From Acidimicrobiales bacterium (GTDB lineage: Bacteria > Actinomycetota > Acidimicrobiia > Acidimicrobiales > Bog-793), in contig JBOGHW010000059.1 of the NCBI GenBank assembly GCA_050744865.1, forward strand, positions 15,895-79,894: a DNA stretch of 64,000 bases, given 5' to 3'. The position numbers and the translations under genes were made by a program. Of the stretch, positions 41,713-49,688 are shown one piece after another. The notes beneath the pieces were generated by a model that saw only the letters and a list, made by a program, of their open reading frames with translations, made no database searches and was not told where the DNA came from. Numbering within the stretch: the stretch's first letter is position 1; every line of letters starts with the position of its first letter.

Positions 41713-43506
41713 ATGCCTCCCACCAGTAATCACAAGCTCATCGAGTGGGTCGAGGAGATAGCAGCGCTAACACAGCCGGAGCGTGTCGAGTGGTGCGACG
41801 GCTCGGCCGAGGAATACGACCGGCTCTGCCAACTGCTGGTCGACCAGGGAACCTTCACGCGGCTGTCCGAGGCCAAGCGCCCCAACAGCTACTGGGCCCA
41901 CTCGTCGGTGAAGGACGTGGCCAGGGTCGAGGGTCGCACCTACATAGCTTCGGTCGACCCAACAGACGCCGGGCCCACCAACCATTGGATCGACCCAGCC
42001 GAGCTGCGCGGGACGCTCGACGGGTTGTTCTCCGGCTGTATGCGCGGCCGGACCATGTACGTCGTGCCCTTCTCCATGGGCCCGCTCGGCTCACCCATCG
42101 CCCATATCGGTGTCGAGATAACCGACTCCGCCTACGTCGCAGTCAGCATGCGGATCATGACCCGCATGGGTGCCGGTGCCCTCGAGGTCCTCGGCACAGA
42201 CGGTGAGTTCGTTCCCTGTGTGCACTCCGTCGGCGTCCCACTCGCCGACGGGGCAGCAGACTCGCCTTGGCCCTGCAATCCCGAGAACCTCTACATCGCC
42301 CACTTTCCCGAGACCCGGGAGATCTGGTCGTTCGGTTCGGGATACGGAGGCAATGCCCTGCTCGGCAAGAAGTGCTTCGCTCTCCGAATCGCCTCGGCAA
42401 TGGCCAGGGACGAGGGTTGGCTAGCCGAGCACATGCTCATCTTGAAGCTCACGTCGCCTGACGGCGAGCTGCGCTACGTCACCGGTGCCTTCCCGTCGGC
42501 TTGCGGCAAGACGAACCTCGCCATGCTCGTCCCGACGATGCCGGGTTGGAAGGTCGAGACCGTCGGCGACGACATCTGCTGGATGAAGGTCGGACCGGAC
42601 GGACGATTGTGGGCGATCAACCCGGAGGCCGGCTTTTTCGGGGTGGCACCGGGAACGAACATGGAGACGAACCCGAACGCGGTGCTGACGCTCGCCGCCA
42701 ACTCGATCTTCACCAATACGGCCCTCACAGACGACGGCGACGTGTGGTGGGAAGGCCTCACGGCCGAGCCACCTGCCCACTGCACAGATTGGACAGGCGA
42801 GGACTGGACGCCCGAGAAGAGCACTCCTGCCGCCCACCCGAACTCGAGGTTCACAGCTCCGGCCAGCCAGGACCCCGCCATCGCACCGGAGTGGGAAGCG
42901 CCGCTGGGTGTTCCGATCTCGGCCATACTCTTCGGCGGCCGACGCGCCTCGGTCGTGCCCCTCGTGCACGAAGCGTTCGACTGGAACCACGGTGTCTTCC
43001 TCGGCTCGATCATGGCCTCCGAGACGACCGCGGCAGCCGCCGGCGCCGTTGGCAACCTCCGGCGCGACCCCTTCGCGATGTTGCCGTTCTGCGGGTACAA
43101 CATGGCCGACCACTGGAACCACTGGCTGTCGTTCGGCGAGCGGATGGACGCCGAGAAGCTCCCGAAGATCTTCTACGTCAATTGGTTCCGGAAGTCGGCC
43201 GATGGCCGCTGGCTCTGGCCGGGCTTCGGCGAGAACTCCCGTGTGCTGGAGTGGATATTCGAGCGCTGTGCCGACCGCGGGGCGGCCGTCGAGACCGCTA
43301 TCGGCTACCTGCCCGCCAAAGGCGCCATCCCCACCGACGGACTCGGCATGCCCGACGGCGACATGGCCGAGCTGCTGAGCGTCGACATCGACGAGTGGCG
43401 GGCAGAAGTGCCCGACATCGAGAAGCACTTCGAGCGGTTCGGCGACCGGCTGCCGTCCGAGCTGACAAAGCAGCTCGATGCCCTGCGGGCACGGCTCGGC
43501 GACTAG
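41713..43506 (+). CDS. pckG: phosphoenolpyruvate carboxykinase (GTP)
   Basis: 597 aa; [39 protein letters not shown]. Confidence 0.95.
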   Translation: MPPTSNHKLIEWVEEIAALTQPERVEWCDGSAEEYDRLCQLLVDQGTFTRLSEAKRPNSYWAHSSVKDVARVEGRTYIASVDPTDAGPTNHWIDPAELRGTLDGLFSGCMRGRTMYVVPFSMGPLGSPIAHIGVEITDSAYVAVSMRIMTRMGAGALEVLGTDGEFVPCVHSVGVPLADGAADSPWPCNPENLYIAHFPETREIWSFGSGYGGNALLGKKCFALRIASAMARDEGWLAEHMLILKLTSPDGELRYVTGAFPSACGKTNLAMLVPTMPGWKVETVGDDICWMKVGPDGRLWAINPEAGFFGVAPGTNMETNPNAVLTLAANSIFTNTALTDDGDVWWEGLTAEPPAHCTDWTGEDWTPEKSTPAAHPNSRFTAPASQDPAIAPEWEAPLGVPISAILFGGRRASVVPLVHEAFDWNHGVFLGSIMASETTAAAAGAVGNLRRDPFAMLPFCGYNMADHWNHWLSFGERMDAEKLPKIFYVNWFRKSADGRWLWPGFGENSRVLEWIFERCADRGAAVETAIGYLPAKGAIPTDGLGMPDGDMAELLSVDIDEWRAEVPDIEKHFERFGDRLPSELTKQLDALRARLGD

Positions 43507-43548
43507 CGGCCAACCAGCCGGCTCGGTGAGGGAGCCGCGGCCGAGAGC

Positions 43549-45003
43549 TCAGCTACCGCTCAGAGGCCTTTCGGCTTGATGGCCTGTCGTGCCGGTAGGC
43601 AGGATGGCGTGCCGCATGGACCAGTGGAATGCGGCTGCCAGCGCTGCTGTGACCGCGATGAGCACGTCGCCGTCGGCGAAGGGGAACGACACCACCACTG
43701 CAACGAGCGCAGCCACTACCCAGCACAGCTGCAGCTGGGTCTCGAACCGGGCAAAGCTGCGTCCGAGAGCGGCGGGCGGCACGTATCGCTGGCCGAGCGA
43801 GTCGAACGCAGGCTTGGCCCCTGTGCTTGCCATGCCCATGACGAAGGCAAGAATCGGCTGTGGCCACAAATGGCCCAGGAATGCCACGACGAGTGCGGTC
43901 ACGGCCGTCAGCACGAGTGCGCCGAAGATGATCTGCTGCTCGGAGAGCCGGCGGCGGAACTTCGGCACTGACATCGACCCGACAAGACCGCCTACACCGC
44001 TCACTCCCAGGATCAAGCCGTACCACCAAGCGTGGGCATCCTCGTGCTTGAGCGCGAACGCCAAGAAGAACGTCAAGAAGCCGAAGAGCGCCCGCAACAC
44101 GGTCATCGCCATGAGCGCAACGGTGACCTCCGGTGCCACCAAGGGCAGGCCGAGCCGCCGACGTTCGTGCTTGACGTCGAGCCGGTCCCGGCGCGACGAC
44201 CTGCCGCGCCCCTTGCGGTCTGCCCGGTAGATGAGGCCGCCCGGGCCGCCCTGCAGCTCGAGCGGCCGGATGCCTTCGGGCACCAGCGGGCGGGGCTGGG
44301 GAGGGCCGTGCAGTGGGCGGCCTGCCTCGTCGAGCCCCAAGGATTTGACAGGAGCGAGCAGCGTGCTCGAGCGGGGCAGGCGAATGGCACCCAAGCCGCC
44401 GGCGATGAAGACAAAGCAAGTGAGGAGCAGGACCCATGGGGCGCCGATCTGCAGGATGAGGACCCCGAAGGGCGACGCCGCGAAGCCGGCCAAGGCCGCC
44501 AGCACAGCCAGCTTGGCGTTGGCCGTCGCCAGGTCGTCGCCATCTTCTGTCATCGAGGGGATGAGGGCCGCCTTGCCGACGAGGTAGAGCTTCGACAGCA
44601 CGAGGATGCCAAAGGCCTCGGGGAACAGCAGCCAGACCCTGAGATCGTGAGCCATCAGCAGAGCCAACAGGGCGCTGCCGCCCGATGCGACGCCGATGCT
44701 GGCCCGCCTGGCGGCGGCGCCGCGGTCGAGCAGCGGGCTCAGCATCGGGGCCACGACTGCAAAGGGGGCGAGCGACAGCAGCAGATATCTGACGATGTTG
44801 CCTGACGACTCGTGTAGCGAGGCCGAGAAGAACAGCGAGCCTGCCAACGAGATGGTGACGAGCGTGGTCCCTGCCGAGAAGAGCGAGTGCACGAGAGCCA
44901 GGCGCCCGAAGGGCCGGCTCTGGTCGAACAGCGCTGATAGGGCGTCGCGCAGCTGGCGTGACATGCGGGTGGCGAGTTGCCTCGGTTGCAGGCGGCGCTC
45001 CAC
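43549..45003 (-). CDS. MFS-type transporter with large central loop
   Basis: 484 aa, about 10-12 hydrophobic helices split by a charged Arg-rich loop; family call from topology only; alternative ATG start at 44964. Confidence 0.6.
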   Translation of the reverse strand: MERRLQPRQLATRMSRQLRDALSALFDQSRPFGRLALVHSLFSAGTTLVTISLAGSLFFSASLHESSGNIVRYLLLSLAPFAVVAPMLSPLLDRGAAARRASIGVASGGSALLALLMAHDLRVWLLFPEAFGILVLSKLYLVGKAALIPSMTEDGDDLATANAKLAVLAALAGFAASPFGVLILQIGAPWVLLLTCFVFIAGGLGAIRLPRSSTLLAPVKSLGLDEAGRPLHGPPQPRPLVPEGIRPLELQGGPGGLIYRADRKGRGRSSRRDRLDVKHERRRLGLPLVAPEVTVALMAMTVLRALFGFLTFFLAFALKHEDAHAWWYGLILGVSGVGGLVGSMSVPKFRRRLSEQQIIFGALVLTAVTALVVAFLGHLWPQPILAFVMGMASTGAKPAFDSLGQRYVPPAALGRSFARFETQLQLCWVVAALVAVVVSFPFADGDVLIAVTAALAAAFHWSMRHAILPTGTTGHQAERPLSGS

Positions 45004-45069
45004 AAGGCCATGGTAGGGGCAGCCCGCGAGGACTACGCTGCGCGCCAGGTGAACGTCTAGGAGGTCAGA

Positions 45070-45306
45070 GTGTCAGTTCGGGCTTACGTGCTCATCCAGA
45101 CCGAGGTCGGCAAAGCAGCTTCGGTGGCGACGAAGGTATCGGAGATTCCCGGCGTGACCATGGCAGACGACGTCACCGGACCTTACGACGTGATCGTGCA
45201 GGCGGAGGCCAACTCGGTGGACGACCTCGGCAAGATGGTAGTGAGCCGCGTCCAGCTGATCGAGGGCATCACGCGGACGCTCACTTGCCCGGTGGTGCGC
45301 CTCTAG
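45070..45306 (+). CDS. stand-alone Lrp/AsnC ligand-binding (RAM) domain protein
   Basis: 78 aa; VRAYVLIQTEVGKAASVATKVSEIPGVTMADDVTGPYDVIVQAEA; GGAGG RBS, GTG start. Confidence 0.8.
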   Translation: MSVRAYVLIQTEVGKAASVATKVSEIPGVTMADDVTGPYDVIVQAEANSVDDLGKMVVSRVQLIEGITRTLTCPVVRL

Positions 45307-45312
45307 GCCAGC

Positions 45313-46050
45313 TCAGGCTTGGCGGTAGCCCGCGTACCCGGTCTCCTCGAGCTCGGTCGCCAGCTCGGGCGGTCCGCTGCGAACTATGCGGCCAGCCGAC
45401 AGCACGTGCACGACGTCGGGCGCCAGCTCGTCGAGGAGCCTGCGGTAGTGCGTGATTGCGACAACACCGAGAGGTGGGGCGCTCGCCAGCTTGACCTCTT
45501 CGATCCGCTTGGCGACTTGGCGGAGCGCATCTACGTCCAGGCCTGAGTCCAGCTCGTCGAGCACCGCGAAGCGTGGCTGGAGGAGGACGAGTTGGAGGGT
45601 TTCGTTGCGTTTCTTCTCGCCGCCGGACAGCTCGACGTTGAGGTGCCTGCTCACAAGGCCCGCAGCGATCCCGAGGCGGGCCGACTCGGCGACGATCTGC
45701 TCTTCGATCCCGTCCGACGGTTTGCCAGCCGCCACCAGCGCCTCCCGCACCACGTCCGCCAGCGCCACGCCGGGCACCTCCACGGGGTACTGCAAGGCCA
45801 GGTAGAGCCCAGCCTTGGCTCTTTCCCACGGCTCGAGGCCGACCAGTTCCACACCGTCTATCCGGATGCTGCCACCGGTGATCTCGGCTCCCGGTCGACC
45901 CATCAGAGCGTGGGCGAGTGTGGACTTCCCAGAGCCGTTCGGCCCCATGACAGCGTGTGTCTCTCCACTGGCCACACGCAGGTCGATGCCGGCGATGACC
46001 TCGCGGCCGCCCGCTCGCACCCGCAGGCCCTCGATCTCGAGCAGGCTCAC
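45313..46050 (-). CDS. sufC: Fe-S cluster assembly ATPase SufC
   Basis: GPNGSGKSTLAHALMG, LSGGEKKRNE; GTG 46050 overlaps Rieske gene stop (GTGA); ORF track start 46185 rejected. Confidence 0.95.
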   Translation of the reverse strand: MSLLEIEGLRVRAGGREVIAGIDLRVASGETHAVMGPNGSGKSTLAHALMGRPGAEITGGSIRIDGVELVGLEPWERAKAGLYLALQYPVEVPGVALADVVREALVAAGKPSDGIEEQIVAESARLGIAAGLVSRHLNVELSGGEKKRNETLQLVLLQPRFAVLDELDSGLDVDALRQVAKRIEEVKLASAPPLGVVAITHYRRLLDELAPDVVHVLSAGRIVRSGPPELATELEETGYAGYRQA

Positions 46051-46367
46051 GGCAATTCCACCCAGACCTCGCCGTCGACGACCTCGACGGGCAGTATGCG
46101 CACCGGCTTGGTGGCCGGCAGGCTGAGCGGCTCGCCGTCTATGAGCGAGAAGGTGCTGCCGTGCTTCAGGCACTCGAGCTCGCACTCGCTCGCGAATAGC
46201 TCGCCCTCGGACAACGGGTAGTCCTCGTGGCTGCAGTTGTCTACGACTGCTCGCAGTCCGCTGTCACAACTGGCCAGCGCCACGGCCACTTCGGATTCCG
46301 GCGGCTCGAAGCGCCGCACCGAGCCGGCCTCGACCTCGTCGGCCCGGCAGAGCCTCACCCGGCTCAT
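46047..46367 (-). CDS. Rieske (2Fe-2S) domain protein of the suf operon
   Basis: CSHEDYPL (CxH) and CLKHGSTF (CxxH) motifs; position between sufD and sufC as in many Actinomycetota. Confidence 0.85.
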   Translation of the reverse strand: MSRVRLCRADEVEAGSVRRFEPPESEVAVALASCDSGLRAVVDNCSHEDYPLSEGELFASECELECLKHGSTFSLIDGEPLSLPATKPVRILPVEVVDGEVWVELP

Positions 46368-47578
46368 CGTGCCGCCGCCAGCCGGCCGGCAATCGACTCG
46401 ATCACCAGGTCGTGGACAGGCAGCGACACCCTCTCGAGAAGCTCCACGAAGAAGCCCACCAGTATCAGCCGCTCTGCCACGTCAGCAGGAACCCCCCGCG
46501 ACTCCACATAGAAACGCTGCTCCTCGTCGATCGGCCCCACCGCCGACGCATGGGAGCACCGGACGTCGTTCTCCTGGATGTCGAGGTTGGGCACCGAGTC
46601 GGCGTGGGCGCCGTCGGAGAGCACGAGGTTCCTGTTGGTCTGGAACGCCGTTGCTCCACGGGCACCCTTGCGCATCCGGATGAGACCGGTGTACACCGAT
46701 CTCGCCGTCCCGCCGACGGCGCCCTTGAACACGAGATCGCTCGTAGTGCGAGGCGCCGCGTGCTCCTGCAGGATGCGGAAGTCGTGCACTTGGTCCTCGG
46801 CACCGAAGTAGGCCGCCAGCAACTTAGCCGTGCCTCCTTGGCCAGTCAGCACGGACTTGGTGTCGGTGCGGGCGAGCTTGGCGCCAAGGCTCGCCTGGAA
46901 GCTCTGCAACGTGGCGTCTCGCCCGGCCGAGGCGAAAATACGCCCGAACTGCCAGGTCTGGCTGCCGAGCAGCTGGACGACCTCGTGGGTGAGCCGGGCA
47001 CCTTCTGCAACTGACAGCTCGACTGTCGGGAACACGGCGGCAGGCTCGTCGCCCGAGACGAGCAGCTCCACGACCGTGGCGCCGGCGTTCTCCCCCAGGC
47101 GGACCAGGCTCCTCGGGAAGTAGGCGCCATAGCCGGGACCTTCGAGGACATGCAGTATCAGGACAGGAGCGCCCAGCTCGCAGCCGGCCGGCACGTGCAG
47201 CAGGGGCCCGCCGGGCGCACAGCTGTCCGCGAGAGCCCCGTAGGCGTCCTCTCCCTCGGCGGTGAAGTGGCTCGCCACCGAGCTGAGCAGCTCTGCGGCC
47301 AGGTCGTGGGCGGCGAAGTCGGCCAGCACGACGCCGGCCTTGGTCGCCTCGGCCGAGACCTCCACCGACTCGAGGACACCATTGCGTGTGACCACGAGAC
47401 CCGAACGGGCCGGGTGGCGGTCGAGGAGGGCCACCGCGACTTCCGGCAGAGCCTGGGTTGCGGTGCCGCGTCGGGCCTGAGCCCTGTCGCCGGCTTCAGC
47501 CGGTGTGAACCGGCCGAGATCGAACTCGGTGATCCCGCTGTAGCGCCAGTGCTCGTCGGTCTCGGTCGGCAGGTCCAT
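46364..47578 (-). CDS. sufD: Fe-S cluster assembly protein SufD (first canonical start; N-terminus probably extends to CTG at 47692)
   Basis: FQTNRNLVLSDGAHADSVPNLDIQENDVRCSHASAVGPIDEEQRFYVESRG; in-frame upstream codons encode a SufD-like N-terminal segment but contain no ATG/GTG/TTG. Confidence 0.9.
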   Translation of the reverse strand: MDLPTETDEHWRYSGITEFDLGRFTPAEAGDRAQARRGTATQALPEVAVALLDRHPARSGLVVTRNGVLESVEVSAEATKAGVVLADFAAHDLAAELLSSVASHFTAEGEDAYGALADSCAPGGPLLHVPAGCELGAPVLILHVLEGPGYGAYFPRSLVRLGENAGATVVELLVSGDEPAAVFPTVELSVAEGARLTHEVVQLLGSQTWQFGRIFASAGRDATLQSFQASLGAKLARTDTKSVLTGQGGTAKLLAAYFGAEDQVHDFRILQEHAAPRTTSDLVFKGAVGGTARSVYTGLIRMRKGARGATAFQTNRNLVLSDGAHADSVPNLDIQENDVRCSHASAVGPIDEEQRFYVESRGVPADVAERLILVGFFVELLERVSLPVHDLVIESIAGRLAAAR

Positions 47579-47876
47579 GGCCAGGAAACGCTCGACGGCG
47601 TCCAGCCGCCGTTGCTTCAGCCAGGCCGGACCGGCAAGCGCGCCAGCGTGGGCGGCCCCGAATCCGTCGATGCGATCTTTGGTGGTGCTCAGGGCGCGCG
47701 CTCCTATAGCCGATATCTACGTATGGGCGCCATGTTACCGGGGCAGCTGAGCGCTCAGTCCTGGACGCCCGGGGGGATCGGTCGGAGGTGGATCGGGCGC
47801 AGGTGGGCCGCCGGACGTACGTTTCGCGGCCGAATTGAGCGCGTCAGACGCCACACCTCGCGCGTGGGCACTCGGT

Positions 47877-48251
47877 TCACGGGCACCTGTGCCGGCCGGG
47901 CCTGGCAGCGCCGGCGCGACCGCGAAGGGACCGCTTAGACGCCGGGCCAGGCGGAGTGACCCCAAAGCGCCGCAGCCACCAGCCCTCGTCGCGGGCGTGG
48001 GCATGGAAGTGGTCGGGAATCTGGCGCATCACCCTGTCGATCTTGAAGCTCGCCCCTCCGAAACGCTCGGCGGCCACCCGCTCCAGCTCCCCCAACATGT
48101 GCACGACCGCTTCGGGCGGGGGGACCGGACCGTGCTGGCGCCATACGACCATCGGGACGTCGCACACCTCGCAGTCTGCGATCCAGCAGACGTCGTCGGA
48201 GTGGTGCCAGGTGGTCATGCGGGCCGCCTCGCATAGATCGCAGCCGGTCAC
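47877..48251 (-). CDS. Cys-rich HIT-like (histidine triad) protein
   Basis: 124 aa; CDLCEA...CWIADCEVCDVPMVVWRQHG...IPDHFHAHAR (HxHxH triad-like); GTG start. Confidence 0.55.
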   Translation of the reverse strand: MTGCDLCEAARMTTWHHSDDVCWIADCEVCDVPMVVWRQHGPVPPPEAVVHMLGELERVAAERFGGASFKIDRVMRQIPDHFHAHARDEGWWLRRFGVTPPGPASKRSLRGRAGAARPGRHRCP

Positions 48252-48288
48252 GTGGTGAACCTACCCTGTCGATCGCTACGGTTCATGC

Positions 48289-49128
48289 GTGACCACCGCC
48301 GACACCACCCCGTCCGTCATCGAGATCGAGCACGACTCGCACGTCGCCACCCTGTGGCTCGACCGCCCCGAGAAGCGCAACGCCATGGGGATGCCCTTCT
48401 TCGACCAGCTCCCCAAGGTGATGGCCGGGCTCGGGCGCGACCGCAACGTCCGCGCCGTCGTCATAGCCGCCCGAGGACCGGCCTTCAGCGTCGGGCTCGA
48501 CCTCACGGCGCTGGCCGGTGTGGCGGCCGACGGTGAGCATGGCGGGGGTCGCTCGCACGCAAGCATGGCTAGCGCCACGCATGCCAACGTCCTTCGCCTC
48601 CAAGAGTCAATCAGCTCGGTGGCCGAGTGCCCAAAGCCTGTTATTGCCGCCATCCACGGCTGGTGCATCGGCGGCGGCGTCGACCTCACTGCGGCTTGTG
48701 ACATCCGCCTGGCGGCCGCCGACGCCAAGTTCTCGGTCCGGGAGACCCGCATGGCCATGGTGGCCGACTTGGGGAGCCTCCAGCGCCTGCCGCTGGTGAT
48801 GCCCATGGGGTATGTAGCCGAGCTTGCCTACACGGGCAAGGACATCGACGCGGCTCGGGCCGAGCGGATCGGCTTCGTGAACGCCGTCTTCACCGACCAG
48901 GCCGCCACCGTCGCCGCCGCCCTGGAGATGGGCACCGAGATCGCAGCCAACTCACCGCTGGCTGTGCAGGGGACCAAGCAGGTGCTGTTCGAGGCACATA
49001 GGGATGCGGTGGCGGCGGGCCTGCGTTACATCGCGACCTGGAACGCAGGCCAGCTCCGCTCCGATGACCTCAACGAGGCGGTGACGGCGTTCTTCGAACG
49101 ACGCGAGCCGAAGTTCACCGGCGACTGA
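48289..49128 (+). CDS. enoyl-CoA hydratase/isomerase (crotonase) family protein, dienoyl-CoA-isomerase-like
   Basis: LDRPEKRNAM, IAARGPAFSVGLDL, IAAIHGWCIGGGVDL; GTG start. Confidence 0.9.
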   Translation: MTTADTTPSVIEIEHDSHVATLWLDRPEKRNAMGMPFFDQLPKVMAGLGRDRNVRAVVIAARGPAFSVGLDLTALAGVAADGEHGGGRSHASMASATHANVLRLQESISSVAECPKPVIAAIHGWCIGGGVDLTAACDIRLAAADAKFSVRETRMAMVADLGSLQRLPLVMPMGYVAELAYTGKDIDAARAERIGFVNAVFTDQAATVAAALEMGTEIAANSPLAVQGTKQVLFEAHRDAVAAGLRYIATWNAGQLRSDDLNEAVTAFFERREPKFTGD

Positions 49129-49178
49129 ACGCCCGCCACGCGCTGCGTCGGCGACTGAACGGCCGCCCGGCGCTGCTT

Positions 49179-49219
49179 CGGTCAGAGTTTGGGTCGGTAT
49201 TCCCACCGTAACTCTGACA
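49179..49219. repeat. 41-nt palindromic intergenic element, copy 2 of 2 in window
   Basis: GGTCAGAGTTTGGGTCGGTATTCCCACCGTAACTCTGACAA; outer arms GTCAGAGTT/AACTCTGAC perfectly complementary; 35/41 identical to 1846..1886. Confidence 0.7.
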
Positions 49220-49291
49220 ACTCCGCCCGCCCTGCCGGCGGGAGCCCGGCCTCGGCGCCCGGCATCGGCACCAGGGAGGCGAAGGTCTGGC

Positions 49292-49642
49292 TCAGCGACC
49301 CTTGCGCTTGAAGAAGCCCTTCTTCGCCTGCCCTGTCGCCCGGCGCTCCCGCGCTTCGGCCTCGGCGAGCGCAGCTGGAGCTGCCATGTCCACTACGGAC
49401 TCGGCTGCCTCCAAGAGCGAGGCTATGTCGCCCGCCGGCTCGTCGGGCTCGTCCTCGACTCCCGGCTCGACCAGCCTCCCGTGCTGCCAGCCGGCGTCGG
49501 CCATGCGGCGGCTGTAACGGGGGCAGTCGTCCGGGCAGCGCCAAGGTGCTTCCGGAGCCAGGCCGAGCACGCAAAAGCGCGCTACCTCGCCCGAAGCGTA
49601 GGTCCGGGACTGGAAGTGCTTGCACTCTTCGCGCATGGGCAT
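49292..49642 (-). CDS. hypothetical 4-Cys protein immediately downstream of sufB
   Basis: 116 aa; CKHFQSRTYASGEVARFC...WRCPDDCPRY then acidic and basic tail; strong GC3 bias; starts 46 nt after sufB stop. Confidence 0.6.
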   Translation of the reverse strand: MPMREECKHFQSRTYASGEVARFCVLGLAPEAPWRCPDDCPRYSRRMADAGWQHGRLVEPGVEDEPDEPAGDIASLLEAAESVVDMAAPAALAEAEARERRATGQAKKGFFKRKGR

Positions 49643-49688
49643 GCTGGCGGTGAACTCTCTTGGTCTGAGCGATGAACGAACGGCTGGG

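Noticed and set aside
45063-45071. Third copy of the 41-nt palindromic element (GGTCAGAGT upstream of the AsnC-type gene)
   Set aside because: Only 9 nt match. The rest of the element is absent, and the match is explained by the RBS and start-codon context (GGAGGTCAGAGTG).
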